Positions 25,189 to 39,636 of a stretch of 64,000 bases of DNA are shown here, one piece after another; position 1 is the first letter of the stretch, and each line of letters starts with the position of its first letter. A model generated the notes under the pieces. That model made no database searches, had not been told where the DNA came from, and worked only from the letters and a program-made list of their open reading frames with translations. The stretch lies in contig ADNK01001434.1 of NCBI GenBank assembly GCA_000320545.1, positions 82,205 through 146,204 of the forward strand, given 5' to 3'. A program made the position numbers and the translations under genes. This DNA is from Bigelowiella natans CCMP2755. Lineage: Eukaryota > Protista > Cercozoa.

Positions 25189-26037
25189 CCACATACACAC
25201 AAATATATCATATCATATCATATCATATCATATCATATCATACAAAATAAACCACAATCAAATGGCATTTCAGAAGTACCAAGAACCAGTAACTACTCCG
25301 ATTCTCCCCAGTCCATCGAGCTGCGGCACCTTGCATGCCCAGCATGTATGAGGCGTGGCTGGCGAGAAATGATATCACCTGGTGAATATCGGCGTCAGTG
25401 GGAAGTCAATTTCGATATTTTTATTTGGGTCGTTCAAAAAGAAGTACATGTTTCCATACCGGAAGATAGACGATGTTGAATAGATTATCCGCGAAGGAGC
25501 CGCGATATTCTCTCTAAATGAGCGTGTACAGTTGTATACATTTAATCATGATTTGGCGTTATATTTGTGTGCCCGACGCCACGACTTACAAGTAAATCAT
25601 GCCGGAGTATTGTTGCACGCGGACAAAACCGAGCGAGAATGAACCAACACCATAAGTACTTATCCGGCGAGGCACGCTAGTTACTCATCCCAAAGACGGC
25701 GCGTCAGTACCTTGACATCAGGTGCTACAACTGGGACCATCTACAACGTCAGTGGGAATCAGTTTATTAATTGACTGAATAAGGACATCAACGTCATGAA
25801 TTCACGAAAGAGTAAATCGTGTACTTGATAGAGCGTCAGATAGACGAGCGTCATCGCCAACGTGGCCACCATCTGAGTGAGATATCAGGCGCAGGAATGA
25901 GCTCGGAGCATACAGCAAGAGTTTGCATTTCAGAGTGTGAAAGAAGATCTTAGAGGTACCAGATGCTCTACAATTTCCATGCTGCTGTCCTGCTGGAACA
26001 GCGAGCGGAGGAAGGGTATGAAGGCCAGAGGAGCCAT
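23568..26037 (-). CDS. TLC (TRAM/LAG1/CLN8) domain membrane protein
   Basis: Exons give LIHIHHVISISCF (HH motif), DGMCEISIIFLNN (E-S-x-x-FLN), VNLLALAVSWIATRLIAFP and CLSVKWFGPIA, ending in a basic tail with the stop at 23568. The 5' exons and start are approximate. Confidence 0.78.
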
Positions 26038-26500
26038 TCTTCCTTCCTGGATAGATCTACTATTCAGAAGGAAAAATACTATTTCGCGGGGTTTATTCTG
26101 TCTAAAATAGCCTGAATATACATGTGGCGACAACAAAAATAGCCAACAACATTCAAAATCTACGCCGATAGCCTCGGAAGCGTACGGAGAGAACGGAAAC
26201 CTACAAGAATTTACGAATAACGACATAGGTTTTTAGCTGAATCTGCCACAGATGCTCTACTAAACAGCAAATCGATGTGTAAAAACTCCCAACAAACAAA
26301 CGTAAATTTTCCGATGTTGCCGATCATACTTCTTCTTTCCGAAATTCCTTCGATGGAATTGTGCCCATCGCCCATGGGTCTTAGTGTATGGGCGTGGAGA
26401 TCGTGCTACAATGAATCTCCGATGTCGTTCCTATTAAATTGAAGGCATTTTCCAGCAACGATCACTAAAACTCGCAGGTGGCGATAGTAACAACAATTTC

Positions 26501-27702
26501 ATGCGACTGGGCCGCCTCGGAACTGCCTGCATGGTGAGTGGGGCTTATTACAGTGTGCGCAGCATCTGGGATGGAATTTCTTCACTCTTTCGTTTTTTTG
26601 TTGGGGTTCCGATATCCGAGGATTTATACAAGACAAAAACAAAGCTGGTTTTGCATAATAGGTGCAAGGTGCAACGCTCCTGCTCTATTTCTCCGTTATC
26701 GCTGTGCCAGTCAAGGCGCGCTTCCGCCCCACAGATTACGGCAAGGTGCCCACCAGTCAGACTACATTTGTATTTTTATTAACGCAGTTGAACTCTCCTT
26801 CTTTGTGCCCTTTAATTTTGCTCAGAATGGCATCACCACCAGACTGAGGGATGGGCCTATCCGTCACCTCAAGATTGCACCCCGCTCTGTACTCGCACAT
26901 AGAACAAGGAAGCTGCGACTCTCAAATGAGAAAGCGGAGGCTCCACTTATTGCCATCTACCCCTCTTCACGGCTGTCCGTTGCCCTCAGATGCCGCTCAT
27001 CGAAAGGTTCATATGCCGCATCGTGGTGTAAATCTTTTCCGACAAGTTGACGTGTAATCAGAGGACAAGGAGAAGCAGGATAAGGAGGAGAGCAAGAAGG
27101 ACAATATGGACCAGATGAAAAAAACTCTTGAGCGCGCGGGCTACGACTCTACGATGGCCAAGGCGAAGCTCGAGGAGTGGCGGTCTCTCGGCCTGAACAG
27201 GTTACACACACTTCGCATATATTCCTCCATTCTCACACCTCAAGGCAGGTTTATGAAAATGCAAAGAAATACGGAGGATTAATGTAAGTAATATATGATT
27301 CTCATCTGGCCCTCTGCTTCTTCTCTCCCCCGCCCATTAGCTCTAGCTCTGTGCGTGATCATCTTGTTAACGGGGCTGTGAAAGGACTGCTGACCAAGTT
27401 CGGATGGCTTACTTTCTACGCCACTGTTACATACTTGCTCTACCAGTGGTCTTTAGCAGGAGGGGAGGGGCAGGGTGGCATGATTCAAATCGTGCTAATA
27501 ATGTTCACCTACATCAACGCCTACTCCTTCTGCCAAGAGTACGTATACGATAACTTATCCGTGGGAGAGAAGAAATAATAATAAGAAGCTACTTGTAGTA
27601 CTCGTTCTACTACTAGTAGTCGCAGTAGTAGTAGAGATTGTAGGAGTAGCGCTGAGGGATATGCCTGGCAACACAGATGCACAGATACAAGCACACACAA
27701 CA

Positions 27703-27748
<46 letters not shown>

Positions 27749-28326
27749 CAGGTAAGGACCCATAATACTCCTCCACTAGCTTCGAATTTCTAGCTTACAA
27801 TATATTTATATTGGTATTGATACTGGCATAGATATATGCGGCGTGCATGCGTCACCGCAGCAAGATTAAAAACCTTACTCACGTACCAACGCTAAAAACA
27901 GGCTACTTCTTTTCGGCACCTTGGCCTACGCGACTCTGCAGTTTGCCTCCAACCCGATCCTGCTAGATGCGATCAAGGAGATTGCGGGAGATTCGCCGGA
28001 GATACCCGCCCTTAATGTAAAACCACAAAAGGTTGTTGACGTCTTGAAGGTCTTCGCATCATTGCAGGAGCTCAACACTCGGCTAAGAGATATGAAGTTC
28101 GAGTCGTCTCCTCTCGATGCGCTCGGCTCCATGCTTACGCTGCAAAGCCAGGATGTCGATATCCTCTGCGACATCGATGTAATGATGTCCCGCACATCAT
28201 ATGTTTTATGTTATATTATGTTATTTGTTATGAATATATGAATAATATTTATCGTAGTATGTAATTATAAGTGTGGTTTTTGAAGTTGGATTGCGAAAGA
28301 ACGACACCAACATGTCACTGAATATG

Positions 28327-28364
<38 letters not shown>

Positions 28365-28497
28365 TACGTATCGCTTATGATATCCCGGTTGGATGTCCCC
28401 CCCTCGTCTGAATGCCTTTGCGAAGGACAAGGATGCTTGCATCGCCGACCTGGACACGGCCGCTAGGATCTTCAATCGGTACATGTTACGGCGCGCG

Positions 28498-28531
<34 letters not shown>

Positions 28532-28577
28532 TCTATTACACAATATATATCTTGCGTTTGTGTTTGTTTGTTTTTTT

Positions 28578-28614
<37 letters not shown>

Positions 28615-28955
28615 GAGATTTACTTGATGCTCTAATGACACCACAACTCAAATGTTTACTCCCGACGATAAAATTGCCATTACCAATCCCCACCCTCATC
28701 AGATACGACCTAAACGGTGACCAGCGCCTGGAGCAGGAGGAAGTGCGGCTTATGTTAAGCGACGTTGGTCTGAACCTCGAGGAAGAAGAGGTGGAGGAGG
28801 CGATACGGATCCTTGATTCTCTCAATCAGGACGGCTATGTTGGGTTCGACGAATTCGTTGCATTCTGGCAAAACAAACTTATGCAACCAGAAGTTACTGC
28901 TGCTGCTGCTGCCGAGCAAGAAGCAGGTAAGAGTAATGATTTGGATAGGCAATAA
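26501..28955 (+). CDS. Putative plastid-targeted membrane protein with two C-terminal EF-hands
   Basis: Leader MRLGRLGTACM|VQGATLLLYFSVIAVPVKA (signal-like) is followed by an Arg/Ser-rich transit-like stretch. Two to three hydrophobic helices follow (27351-27950). EF-hand loops: DLNGDQRLEQEE and DSLNQDGYVGFDEF. Confidence 0.72.
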
Positions 28956-29506
28956 TAATGATAGGGCTCATGATCGCCAGACTGCAGCTTTGCATGTCAT
29001 GACCCTGTTGTCGTCGCGGCGATAATAGGGTCATAACGAGCGGAAGAAAGCGTAGGAGATTTTGCCTCCTGGTAGGGCGATAGAAACGGTGGTGTATAGC
29101 TGTAGCTGCAGTAGTTCTGATAGTAAAGTGCGGAGAAAGGACGCCTAATGATAACGCACAAAAGCCGCTCCAATGTTCCAAGCCAAATAAACGAAAACTG
29201 TTGCTACGTATGTGTGTACAAGATGAAGGTCGACAGTAGCCATGCACTATGACTTTACATCTTGCATGTTTATTAATTTTTCGCATGCCTAAGCCGCACA
29301 CAGCATGGCTAGATGGGCTCACTAGCTCTTCACATGACTAAGGTCATCATTGGACATGCACCATGCCAGCATGTCTACTTGATTAAGCCAGTTCAAAGTT
29401 GCTCTCTCACTAGCACACCGTTGACGCTTTGAGTTCTTCAACGGGTGCGAATTCGATCTGCACTAGCTTGTCCTTTTTCACATCCGCAGTCTCTGTTCAC
29501 ATATAC

Positions 29507-30073
29507 ACATCAAACGATGTGCAGATGTCCTGCTCGGCATGTGCACAATGCCTTCTGTCCGAAAAAGTCATTTTTCCACCGACCGCAACCGTCGCATTCT
29601 GCACAGAATTCCAGGACGGGAGCTAGCTAGCTAGGTCACCGATCGAGCCAGCGTGCAAAGTTTGCAGCCACACGTGTGCCACAAACTCTTTGCACCTGCT
29701 AGTTGAGGGCTCCCTGGGGAAGACCTTGGAAAACATGCTCCATGGTTGCCTTTGTTGATCTGCGCAAAGCTCACGACAAAGTCTGGAACCAAGGCGTGCG
29801 AGTTGAGCTGCCACGAAGATGATGAAGTGGTGTGACCGGCAATTGGTGACGAACAGACAAGGGTGCACGACTAGACGAGCTCACGTCTTCCAGAACGTGC
29901 TGGCTTTTCAGTCAAATGAAGTCAGGTCTCCAACTGATCTGTCCCTTGGCCAACCTTTTGTTCAAGTTTTGGACCTTGCGAAGGCAAAGCAGTTGATGCA
30001 GGTTGAAGGCTTCCACGGCCCGAAGGAAGAATGAACTGTGAAATTCGAAGTTTCGAACTGCAGAAACTCCATC
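29507..30073. other. TpA-erased tract
   Basis: Manual count: 5 TA in 567 bp, all CTAG. Confidence 0.88.
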
Positions 30074-30170
30074 GTAGATACATGTACAAAAAAGGACATT
30101 GTGGAAATGGCGGTTTCGACCGCCCGAACCATTTCTGGGATTTTCAGCACAAATTCACCCTAAAATGCAT
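29640..30170 (+). pseudogene. Decayed coding-like remnant inside a TpA-erased tract
   Basis: One frame reads protein-like (..TKMMKWCDRQLVTNRQG..QVLDLAKAKQLMQVEGFHGPKEE*TVKFEVSN..) but is broken by TGA stops and has no Tyr codons. No family recognised. Confidence 0.3.
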
Positions 30171-30458
30171 GGCATTGCTGTCAAATCGTGTCAAGTACCG
30201 GGTTCTACTGATGATTTACATTCCCATGTCTTTAGGATGCTTGATGGACTCCTTGTCGCACTACTGAAAAGCAATTGATCAATGAATGGCGACGGATGTA
30301 TTGTTAGGCGTAACGCCGCAACTCGAATGGTAACGTTGAAGTGCCATTTTAGTGTTTGTGTATTGGATCTCTGTCGTCGCAGAAAGGATCATCGCTAGAT
30401 TCTACAAAAAGCGAAGTGTTACCCCTTCCTGAAGAGCTATGACAATGGGAAGCCATCC

Positions 30459-32185
30459 ATGCTGGGCATAACTCTTGTTATCCTTGGGGCCCTTTGCACA
30501 CCGCAAGGGGTTCTGTCCAAAGATCAAGGAAATGCTGCTGTCCATGTCCCTAACAAGCTCGAGCAAGAACCGTTGTGGATCGACTACGAAGATGAAAATG
30601 ATGACTCCAAGCCAGAACTGTCGCGGATCGGCCACGAAGATGAGAATGATGAATCCAAGCTAGAACGGATCAGCGAAAGAACGAAGGCATTCGCTGGCGT
30701 ACTTTCCGCAAAAAGTCACAGCCACAATCCCCACGGCCACAATCCCCACAGCCACAATCCCCACAGCCACTCCCCTCATGGCCACAGTCCCCACTCCCAC
30801 TTCCCTCATGGCCACAGTCCCCACTCCCACAATCCTCATAGTCACAATCCTCATGGCCACAGTCCCCACTCCCACAATCCTCATAGCCACAATCCTCATA
30901 GTCACAATCCCCACTCCCACAATCCTCATAGCCACAGGTACTAGCAGTTGTCGAAGTGTAGCTTGATAGAATTTCTGCGTTTATTTAACCCGCAGTCACA
31001 TTTCATTTATTTGTATTTTCGAAGATTGTCCATGCAATGGAGGTGTTTTATCAATGTGCTTTCATTACAGAGACTTAAATTCAAAAAACTTTGACAACAA
31101 AAATCATCCGTACTCTCTTTCCTGTTTTACTATGATACGCGCTCCCTCCTCCGCGTTCGATGTCTTCTTGAAATATTAAATGTTTGATTGTCAATATTTC
31201 CGTCAGCCCGCACGTTCATACCCCCGTACCTACAAAGTTCCCCACACCGGCACCGACTCCGTTCCCTACACCGGCACCGACTAAATACCCCACACCGGCA
31301 CCGACTCCGTTCCCTACACCGGCACCGACTAAATACCCTACACCGGCACCGACTCCGTTCCCTACACCGGCACCGACTAAATACCCCACACCGGCACCGA
31401 CTCCGTTCCCTACACCGGCACCGACTAAATACCCTACACCGGCACCGACCCCAAATCCAACGCCTTTCCCGACACCACTGCCGACACCCGAGCCCTCGCA
31501 GAGCCCTACCCATGTGCCTACGACACAGTCTCCAGGGACATCAAGCCCTCGCACTATGAGCCCGACGTCGCTGGCTCCTACGTCGATATCTCCAGGGACT
31601 GAGTCCCCGAGCTCGTGCGCACCGAGCTCGTGCTCACCGAGCTCGGTCAGCCCGACCCCAAATCCAACGCCTTTCCCGACACCACTGCCGACACCCGAGC
31701 CCTCGCAGAGCCCTACCCATGTGCCTACGACACAGTCTCCAGGGACATCAAGCCCTCGCACTATGAGCCCGACGTCGCTGGCTCCTACGTCGATATCTCC
31801 AGGGACTGAGTCCCCGAGCTCGTGCGCACCGAGCTCGTGCTCACCGAGCTCGGTCAGCCCCGCAACCCGCTCACCTTTGGCGGCAGGGAAGACGTTTGGT
31901 CCAACAGAGGTGCCGACATGCTCACCTGTGACGAACTCCCCGACGTCCCTGCAGCCAACCTCTAGCGCTCCTTCCACCTGTGCGCCCACATCTCGGTCTC
32001 CGTCGAGTGCTACACCTGCAACGATTAGTCCTTCGACCTCTGCACCGCTTACGGGAGGCCTGACTCACCACCCTGTCACCAGCATGCCCTCATTATCACC
32101 AATCACAGCAGCGCCATCTACGGTATGCATCCTTGATTTCAGTGTGATTGTGAAGAAACTGTGTGCTTAAGAGAGGAAGTTTACG

Positions 32186-32223
<38 letters not shown>

Positions 32224-34714
32224 GTGGTCGACATGCACTCCTCCTTCGTGGTGCCCTCCATGTAGTGAATTTACTGCCCCCATTTGCTTGTTAAGCATAG
32301 ATTCGTTATCATTTCTTATCTGGAGTCGCTGCCAAAAAAGATACCTTTATTCCGTAATCATTGAATTAGGTCTGCCCGACAACGGGCTCACCGTCATCTG
32401 CTAGCCCAAACACCTTTACCCCAAGCACTTCCGCGCCAATAACCACAACACCAGTTACTGTGGTCCCCTCTGCAAGTCCCTCAACTTCTCCATCCGCCAC
32501 TCCATCAACGTCCTCTCCATTAACGCTACACCCTGTGTCATCGCATCCCCTCACTGCGAACCCGACAATTGCTCCTAGCTCGCTCAGCCCTTCCACAAAT
32601 GGTCCCGTAACTTGCGTTCCAATAACGAAGGCACCCAGCTCACTCACTCCGTCGACAAGTAGCCCCGGGACTCACGCTCCAACGACGTCGGCACCTAGCT
32701 CACTCAGCCCCTCCACGAGGAATCCTACGACCGATGCACCGACAACCTTAGCGCCTGTGACCGAAGCACCGACGCGGAGTCCTCTTACGGCGGTTCCAAG
32801 CTCATCGCCAACTACGACCTGCCCAAGCCAGGGTGTCGTTCCTTCCTTCGATCCAGAGGTCTGGATGTACACTCGAGATGATGATAGAAAATCGGGGCTC
32901 GGCGACAGAAATATGTGGAAGGGGGGGGGGGGAGGAGAGGGGGGCATTGACTTATGTTTGCTCTGCTAATCAAGTGCATTTGTGTTTCGCAACAAGTCTT
33001 GAGTACTCTGCTTCATCCACTTGAGAAGTCCTCCCCTTAATTCCCCATTCACTTTTATTTTCCCTTGGTCCTTCCCGCCCTTCAGGTCTCTGCTCCTGTA
33101 ATCCCGTGGGCCTCGACTGCAACCTTCGATAGTGCTCTGACGATTGTGAACGTGATTTTTACGGCTGCGACAAATGAACCCGAATGCACATCGCTACTTA
33201 CTACGGAGTTGATCAGAAAACTTGGCAAAGAATACAAGTGCCTGTGGGTGCGCTCGACGCAGCTAGACCTGATCACGGGCACAAATCCCACGATACTTCC
33301 GGAGGAAATCTTACACATCAGGGCTGGAGTGCTGGGCGATCCAACGTTTAGAGCTGTGGCAACTGCTCATCATGTATCGGTGTCAGCGCCCAAAAATCCT
33401 CTTCCTGTCTCCCTTTCGCTCACCGGCCCCACTCTAATTGGAAGGTGTGTGCTGGCGGTGTAGCAGTATAGGAAGGTGGTGGTAGAGGATGGCCATGGTG
33501 GTGATGGTGGTGGTGATGGTGGTGGTGATGGTAGTGAAGCGGTGAGTGTTGTAGGTTATTCATGTTTCAATGTTAACTGTGCAATCATTTGACTTGACTT
33601 GCTTTCTGTCCTGTTGGTGCTATCATCGTCGTGATTCCGGTGGGGTTAAACATCACAGATGCGACCCTGTTATGCTTCGCACAACCGTGACTGGTGCTGG
33701 TGGCCGAGCTGTAACACATTCTTGGACGTACGAAGGGGACAATAGTGCGCAGGATACTGCCGCCATGAACGCCGTGCTCAAGCGAGGATCTACAAGCTCC
33801 GTGATGAGCTTTGTAAGCGGAAACTTCACAGACGGAACACATACCTTCCGCTTGAATGTCAGCAATTTCATCGGAGTTTCTGGAAACGCTGTCCTGATCT
33901 TTGTTAAGAATTCCGAGGTCGAGCCACCCAAAGTTGCCCTTTCTGCAGGTGGGCTAGGAATCTTTGTGCATGCACGCGCTGTCAAATATACTGAACACAG
34001 AGTTGCTTCTCATCGCCATTCTGACTCCTCTCACTTTCAGGGTCCCTGATCGAAGCTTCCACAGACTCACAAGTGGTCCTGCGCAGTCAAACAGAGCCAC
34101 CGCTCGAGTGCGCAGGTTTTGTCGGCTCGACGAGATTCTATGTCACTCGTGCAGTTTGGACACCAATCACGAGCCAAACTGTAAATGTAAATGGCGAGAC
34201 CATAAAACTAGCAGCCCACAGGGCTGCGACAGTGTCGAAGGTGTGGAGTGGAAACTCGATGCTGCTGAATTCTGGTGATCTATCACCCAATGAGCTGCCT
34301 TATGGATTCCAGCTGCACGTCACCACACTTGATTTTAGGTACGACTTGTCATCACACTTAGCATCAATCTGCTTGCCGTTCGTTGTTTTCACGATATGCT
34401 CTCTCGGTCAGATCGACTATCCCGCGTTTGGTGGGAGAGACAAAGCTTACGCAGCTGGTCAAGATGTACCCGGGCACTATTAGCACTCAGCTCTCCGGCG
34501 GCGCTTCGAGGCAGATCCCGGTGACATCCAGTGTATCACGCTCATTCATCATCACTGCATCGCCCAAATATGACCCAGCAGATGCATCGCATGCTTTGGC
34601 GTTTGCCTGGACTCTAACTGATGCCGTCTCCGGAGTGCCAGTAGTTATCCCGACCTCAGACATCCTGGGGAATCAGCTCACCCTGAGCACCGATCTCCTC
34701 GTTGCGAACAAGGT

Positions 34715-34755
<41 letters not shown>

Positions 34756-34763
34756 TCAGAGAG

Positions 34764-34809
<46 letters not shown>

Positions 34810-35294
34810 AAGAGAAGTGAGAGAAGTGAGAAGTGACTGTTGATGGAAAGAAAGAACAGTGAAACTTCCACTCTAGCGACGTCAGTAACCACCACTGTTG
34901 GCAAAATAACAATTTGAAAAGGTTTACTCTCTGACCGTTACCGCAACTGGAGTCAAAGGCCTCAACAACACTGCACGCACCGCCACAGACCAGCAATTTA
35001 TCTACACTCTCGCTCGCGACATCCCCATTGTAGATGCCACGGTAGAGAATGGAGTCGTAGGCAGCAGCGGCGCACTGAAATTCAATCGTGAGGATAAACT
35101 CAAGCTAAAGATGTCGGCTACCGTTTCCGGTAGTGCACCGATAACGTACAGCTGGAGCTGCGAGACAGGAGGGTTTGATCTCGGTAACGCCCAGTAAAAA
35201 AGCTATGTTTTGCTTCATAATGAATGTCGTGAATGTCGCGTACATGTGTGCGAATAGAATTGGGATATTCTCCTCCCCCCTCCCCCCCCGCCCC

Positions 35295-35341
<47 letters not shown>

Positions 35342-35350
35342 CCTCCCCCG

Positions 35351-35386
<36 letters not shown>

Positions 35387-37259
35387 GTGTACTTGTTTTA
35401 TGCGTACCAATATTTACATGTGTGTTGTATCACCATCATCATCGCCGTCAAGTAATCGACCTTGTTGTCATCGACAATATCATGTGCAGGTAACCGAGAC
35501 AACCGCCGTACAGGCCTTAACGAAACGAGGCTTGTGATCGCGGCGGGCGTGTTGCAAGCAGGCGTGGTGTATCAATTTCGAGCATCGGCCACAGCGTACG
35601 GCATAACAGGAGCCTCAATTGTGCAAGTGCAGATGAACTTTCCACCAGCCTCAGGATCCTGCCAGGTCTGTATGCTTTCTTCCTGTATTCACCACCACCA
35701 CCACCATCACCACCACAACAGCAACAACAATAACGAGTCAATAATGGCGGTGGCAGCGGCGTCGGCGGCTGCGGCTACGACGACGACAAACACCAACATA
35801 TTTGCACGGAACTCTCTCTTTCCTCGCCCGTAATGGCTTCTACCCTCCCGTCACACTAACAATTATCAACTTTTGACAGGCGTCGCCGAGCGTCGGGCAG
35901 GCATTACTGACAGAATTCCTGCTGTCGTGCACGGGCTGGGAAGATGAGGACATGCCACTCAAGTACAAGTATCAGAGCGAGCAGGCAGGCAGCTTCGTCG
36001 ATCTGTGCGACTCACGCTACCTCGAGAGTTATTCGACGATGTTGCCTGCGGGCGAGACAGGAAACCTCACCATACGCGCCCTCGTCGTGGACAATCTTGG
36101 AGCAACGGTGCAGAATTTCATGCAGGTTAGAGAGACAGAGAGTTTATTCGACTTCATCTTCCACAAACACGCATGCTTCTATGATCGACTACAAATTGAC
36201 CATACTGAACTCTCAGGTGCGACTTGAAGTACGCAAGGTGGTAGTGGAAGACAGTATTGGCGAGATCGAGAAAAGGGCGAGGCAGGGCGATACAGAGTCC
36301 GTCACCGTGCTTATCTCGGGAACCACTGCGCTTCTCAACGCGAATGCCTCGCTTCTCACATCAAATACATCATCCCATTCAACCGATAGTGGAGAAGGGG
36401 AAGGCGGTGGAAATTCCGGCGATAGCAGTAATGGTGCCGTCAATGCTTTGGTCCAAAAGACACGTACAAGCCTACTCTCTACAATCAACACGCTAGTGCT
36501 TGCCGGCGGGGAGAGCGATGATAAGTTCACGGCAGTTGAGGCGCCAGCCAGCCTCATTGAAGCGGTGACGACAGTGTCACATCCTGATGAGCTGACAAGC
36601 GAGTCGCGAATACTTGCTGTCGAAATGATTGCGAGTATGACCTCCAGCCCGCTTAACTCTTTCTCTGAGAGCACGGTGAAGTCTACAGTTGGAGCGATTG
36701 CCAACGTTATAAAGAGCTCCCAGGAAAGCTCGTCGTCCTCTGAAGCGGGTAGTCCTTGAATTAGCGTAGCTGGTGCACGCGCACGCACACGCACACAGAG
36801 AGATAGAAGTAGGCAAAGCAACATACTAGCATATACACTAAACCACAAAGTCGAAAATAGGATTGTATACACCCAATATACGCGCCACACACGCGCGCAC
36901 AACAAACGTTGTCATCATAATATTTCGTCCTTCCTCCCCTCCTCTCCCCCTTCCTCTTTCGTAGAGAAACAATCGCTAGGTCAGACCCTGGAACCGACGC
37001 TGGCGCTACTGGGATCAGGAATGCTCAAGAGCGCCTCAGAAGGAGAAGATCCCGTCGAGCTTGTGGTGGAGGGCATAAATATTGTCTCTCAAGTTGTTAG
37101 TGCTGATGAAGTCCAGGGAAAGAGCTACTCGACTTCGTTCGGCTCGGAAGTTGTGATGCCACAGTCGCTCGATCTCGGCCTCACAAGCAGTGTTGAAGTA
37201 TCTATAACGACACTTAAACAGCAGATTTACCCATCCTACAGGTAGTATCTGTCCGTTTG

Positions 37260-37299
<40 letters not shown>

Positions 37300-39568
37300 C
37301 TGAACATTGGAATCAAATCCTGAATGATCATCCTTTGCCTGCCGTCATCACTGTTGTTTTCTAGTCACGTGTCGGACAGCTTATACGAGGCGCAAACCAT
37401 GGTGGTGAACCTCGCTGTTGGTGGCGTTACAATCGAGAATAACACCGCGAGTAGTGGTTCGGCCTACGTGCTCAAGATCCCTCTCAACACGTCAGGAATG
37501 ACGAGTACCACTTTGGATAGTCTACAGTGTCGCTTTTGGGATCCTCAAATCTACAATTGGTCGACAAACGGCATTACTAGCTCCTCAGCTGAGATCGGTG
37601 GTGAAGAAGGAGACTTCCTTGTGTGTGAGAGCTCCCATCTCACTTGCTTCTCGTCTGCCATCGAGTTTAAGATTGCGGTAGAAAAGCAACAATATCAGCA
37701 CACTAGCAACAATTGATGAATGAATTAGTCGACGTGGTGGTGGTAATACGTGGTAGCAAGTAATTTCATGGTGCTACTGTCTTGTGGTCTGTGTTTGCTG
37801 AATGCAATGGTCGTCATCACTTGTAGCCCTCAGATCAGGTGTTCGCTCCCTTTCCCCCCCATTTTTCTGCCCCTCCCTTCCAAAATAGGTTAACACAATC
37901 AATGAAGAAGACATTCTGCTCGACGCCTTCTCGTTCAAAAACCCTGTATTTACTTGGTGCATTGTGATTATTGGCCTATGGGGACTAGTACTGCTCATCG
38001 GCGGGCAGTACGACCGCTGCAACGCTCAAAAATTGTCCCAAGAGGAGTTCTGGCGAAAGAACAATGGCATCTTCCACCTTCGCTTCAGGCCTCGGTCGGT
38101 ACACTCTTTCTACAAGCGCACCTCCTGGGCCATGAGGCACAAGCACCCTTGGGCTGCGGTGCTGATGCACCACGGCGGAGACTTCATGAACACGGTCAAG
38201 AGGAGTACGATTCTTACCGTGCTCATTTTCAACACGATGACAGTGGTCATGCTGCTGCGCGGGCAGCGGCAGCAGCTTCCCTTCCTGACTTCGGATTTTG
38301 CGACCACGTTGGTTGCCATAATGTTCTCCCTCCCAGTGCCAATGATCGTATTCCGAATCTATCTAAGGCCCATTCCTAAGAAGCTACAGATAGAAAGCAA
38401 TAGAATCGAGCAAACCAACACAGGCTGCATGGGCCAGGTGCTGAACATCTTCATGGCACTGCTGCTGGAAGAGGTAGCGATACAGGAAGATGAGGGCGAT
38501 GACAATGATGAGGAGAAAAAGAAGGATCGGCAGACACAGGCAGCTGTAGCAGCCTCTTCGCTCTTTTCAGGGGCTTCAGCTATGAAGGGCACGAAATCCT
38601 CCACAGCTCGTATCTCAACATTACTCAAATCACAACTTAAATTGGATGTTGATGTTGACACGTCACTGCCGCCGTGGCTGCGCGAGATCAAGGCGAAAGA
38701 AGAGCACAAACTACAAGATTCCCAACAGAACTTGACATCTTCAGCGTGCCATTTGATGGCAATCTCTTCCGAGTCAGGAGGAGCACCAGCATCAGGCCAG
38801 AGGGATCTCCAGGCTAGCACGTTAAATATCGATGTTAATGTCAACTGTAATGGCAGTAATGGTCACCGCGAGCGAAATGATACCTGTGCTTCCGTCGAGT
38901 CTACGAGAAGTGAGAGGCGTAGGGGCGCGGTGCTGCGCAGTTCGCGGGTCGCATCTGACGTCTCTTCAGTGATCCAGATATCCAAATGCATCAACCCTGA
39001 GGCTTTAGTTAACGCTAAAGCGTTCAAAAAGAAGGGGGATGAAGAGGAATTTAAGGAGATGAAGGAAACCAAGCAATCCAAGCGGCGCGGGTATCGGTCA
39101 AGCATGGTCTCCACAGCCAGCGACGCTCCCCGGCCAATGGGCTTTTACCGCAATAGCATTGATCCACATGTCCCTATGATAGAGGAAACAGCGGACAACG
39201 GTAAGTAAGAAGGGAGCAGAGAGATCTATTCAGTGTGGACCCAAGAGATAATATCTTTGGTTGTGTTGAGTAGAACGTTGGGATATATCTTTGTTCTCAT
39301 CCTATCGAACTATATCTTTGTTCTTTTCCATGTTCAACAGGATGCTGCGGAGATCCCCTCTACCCAGTTGGACACCCGAAGCTAAAAAACTGGGGATACT
39401 CGTACAATGACGTTGTAGGTCTGATTGGTTCTGCGGTGTTCATTATCGGTTGTTTCTTCCTCATGTGCGTGCTCTCCTGGCGATTTCGTGGTGTAAATGA
39501 TGGCTGGACACTCTTAACCTTTCTCACTTTCATCGAGGATGTCGCAGTGCGGGTTAGTACTTCACAAT

Positions 39569-39636
<68 letters not shown>

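Noticed and set aside
30721-31858. Regular repeats as a CRISPR-like array
   Set aside because: The units are in-frame coding repeats without unique spacers, in a eukaryotic gene with no cas genes nearby.
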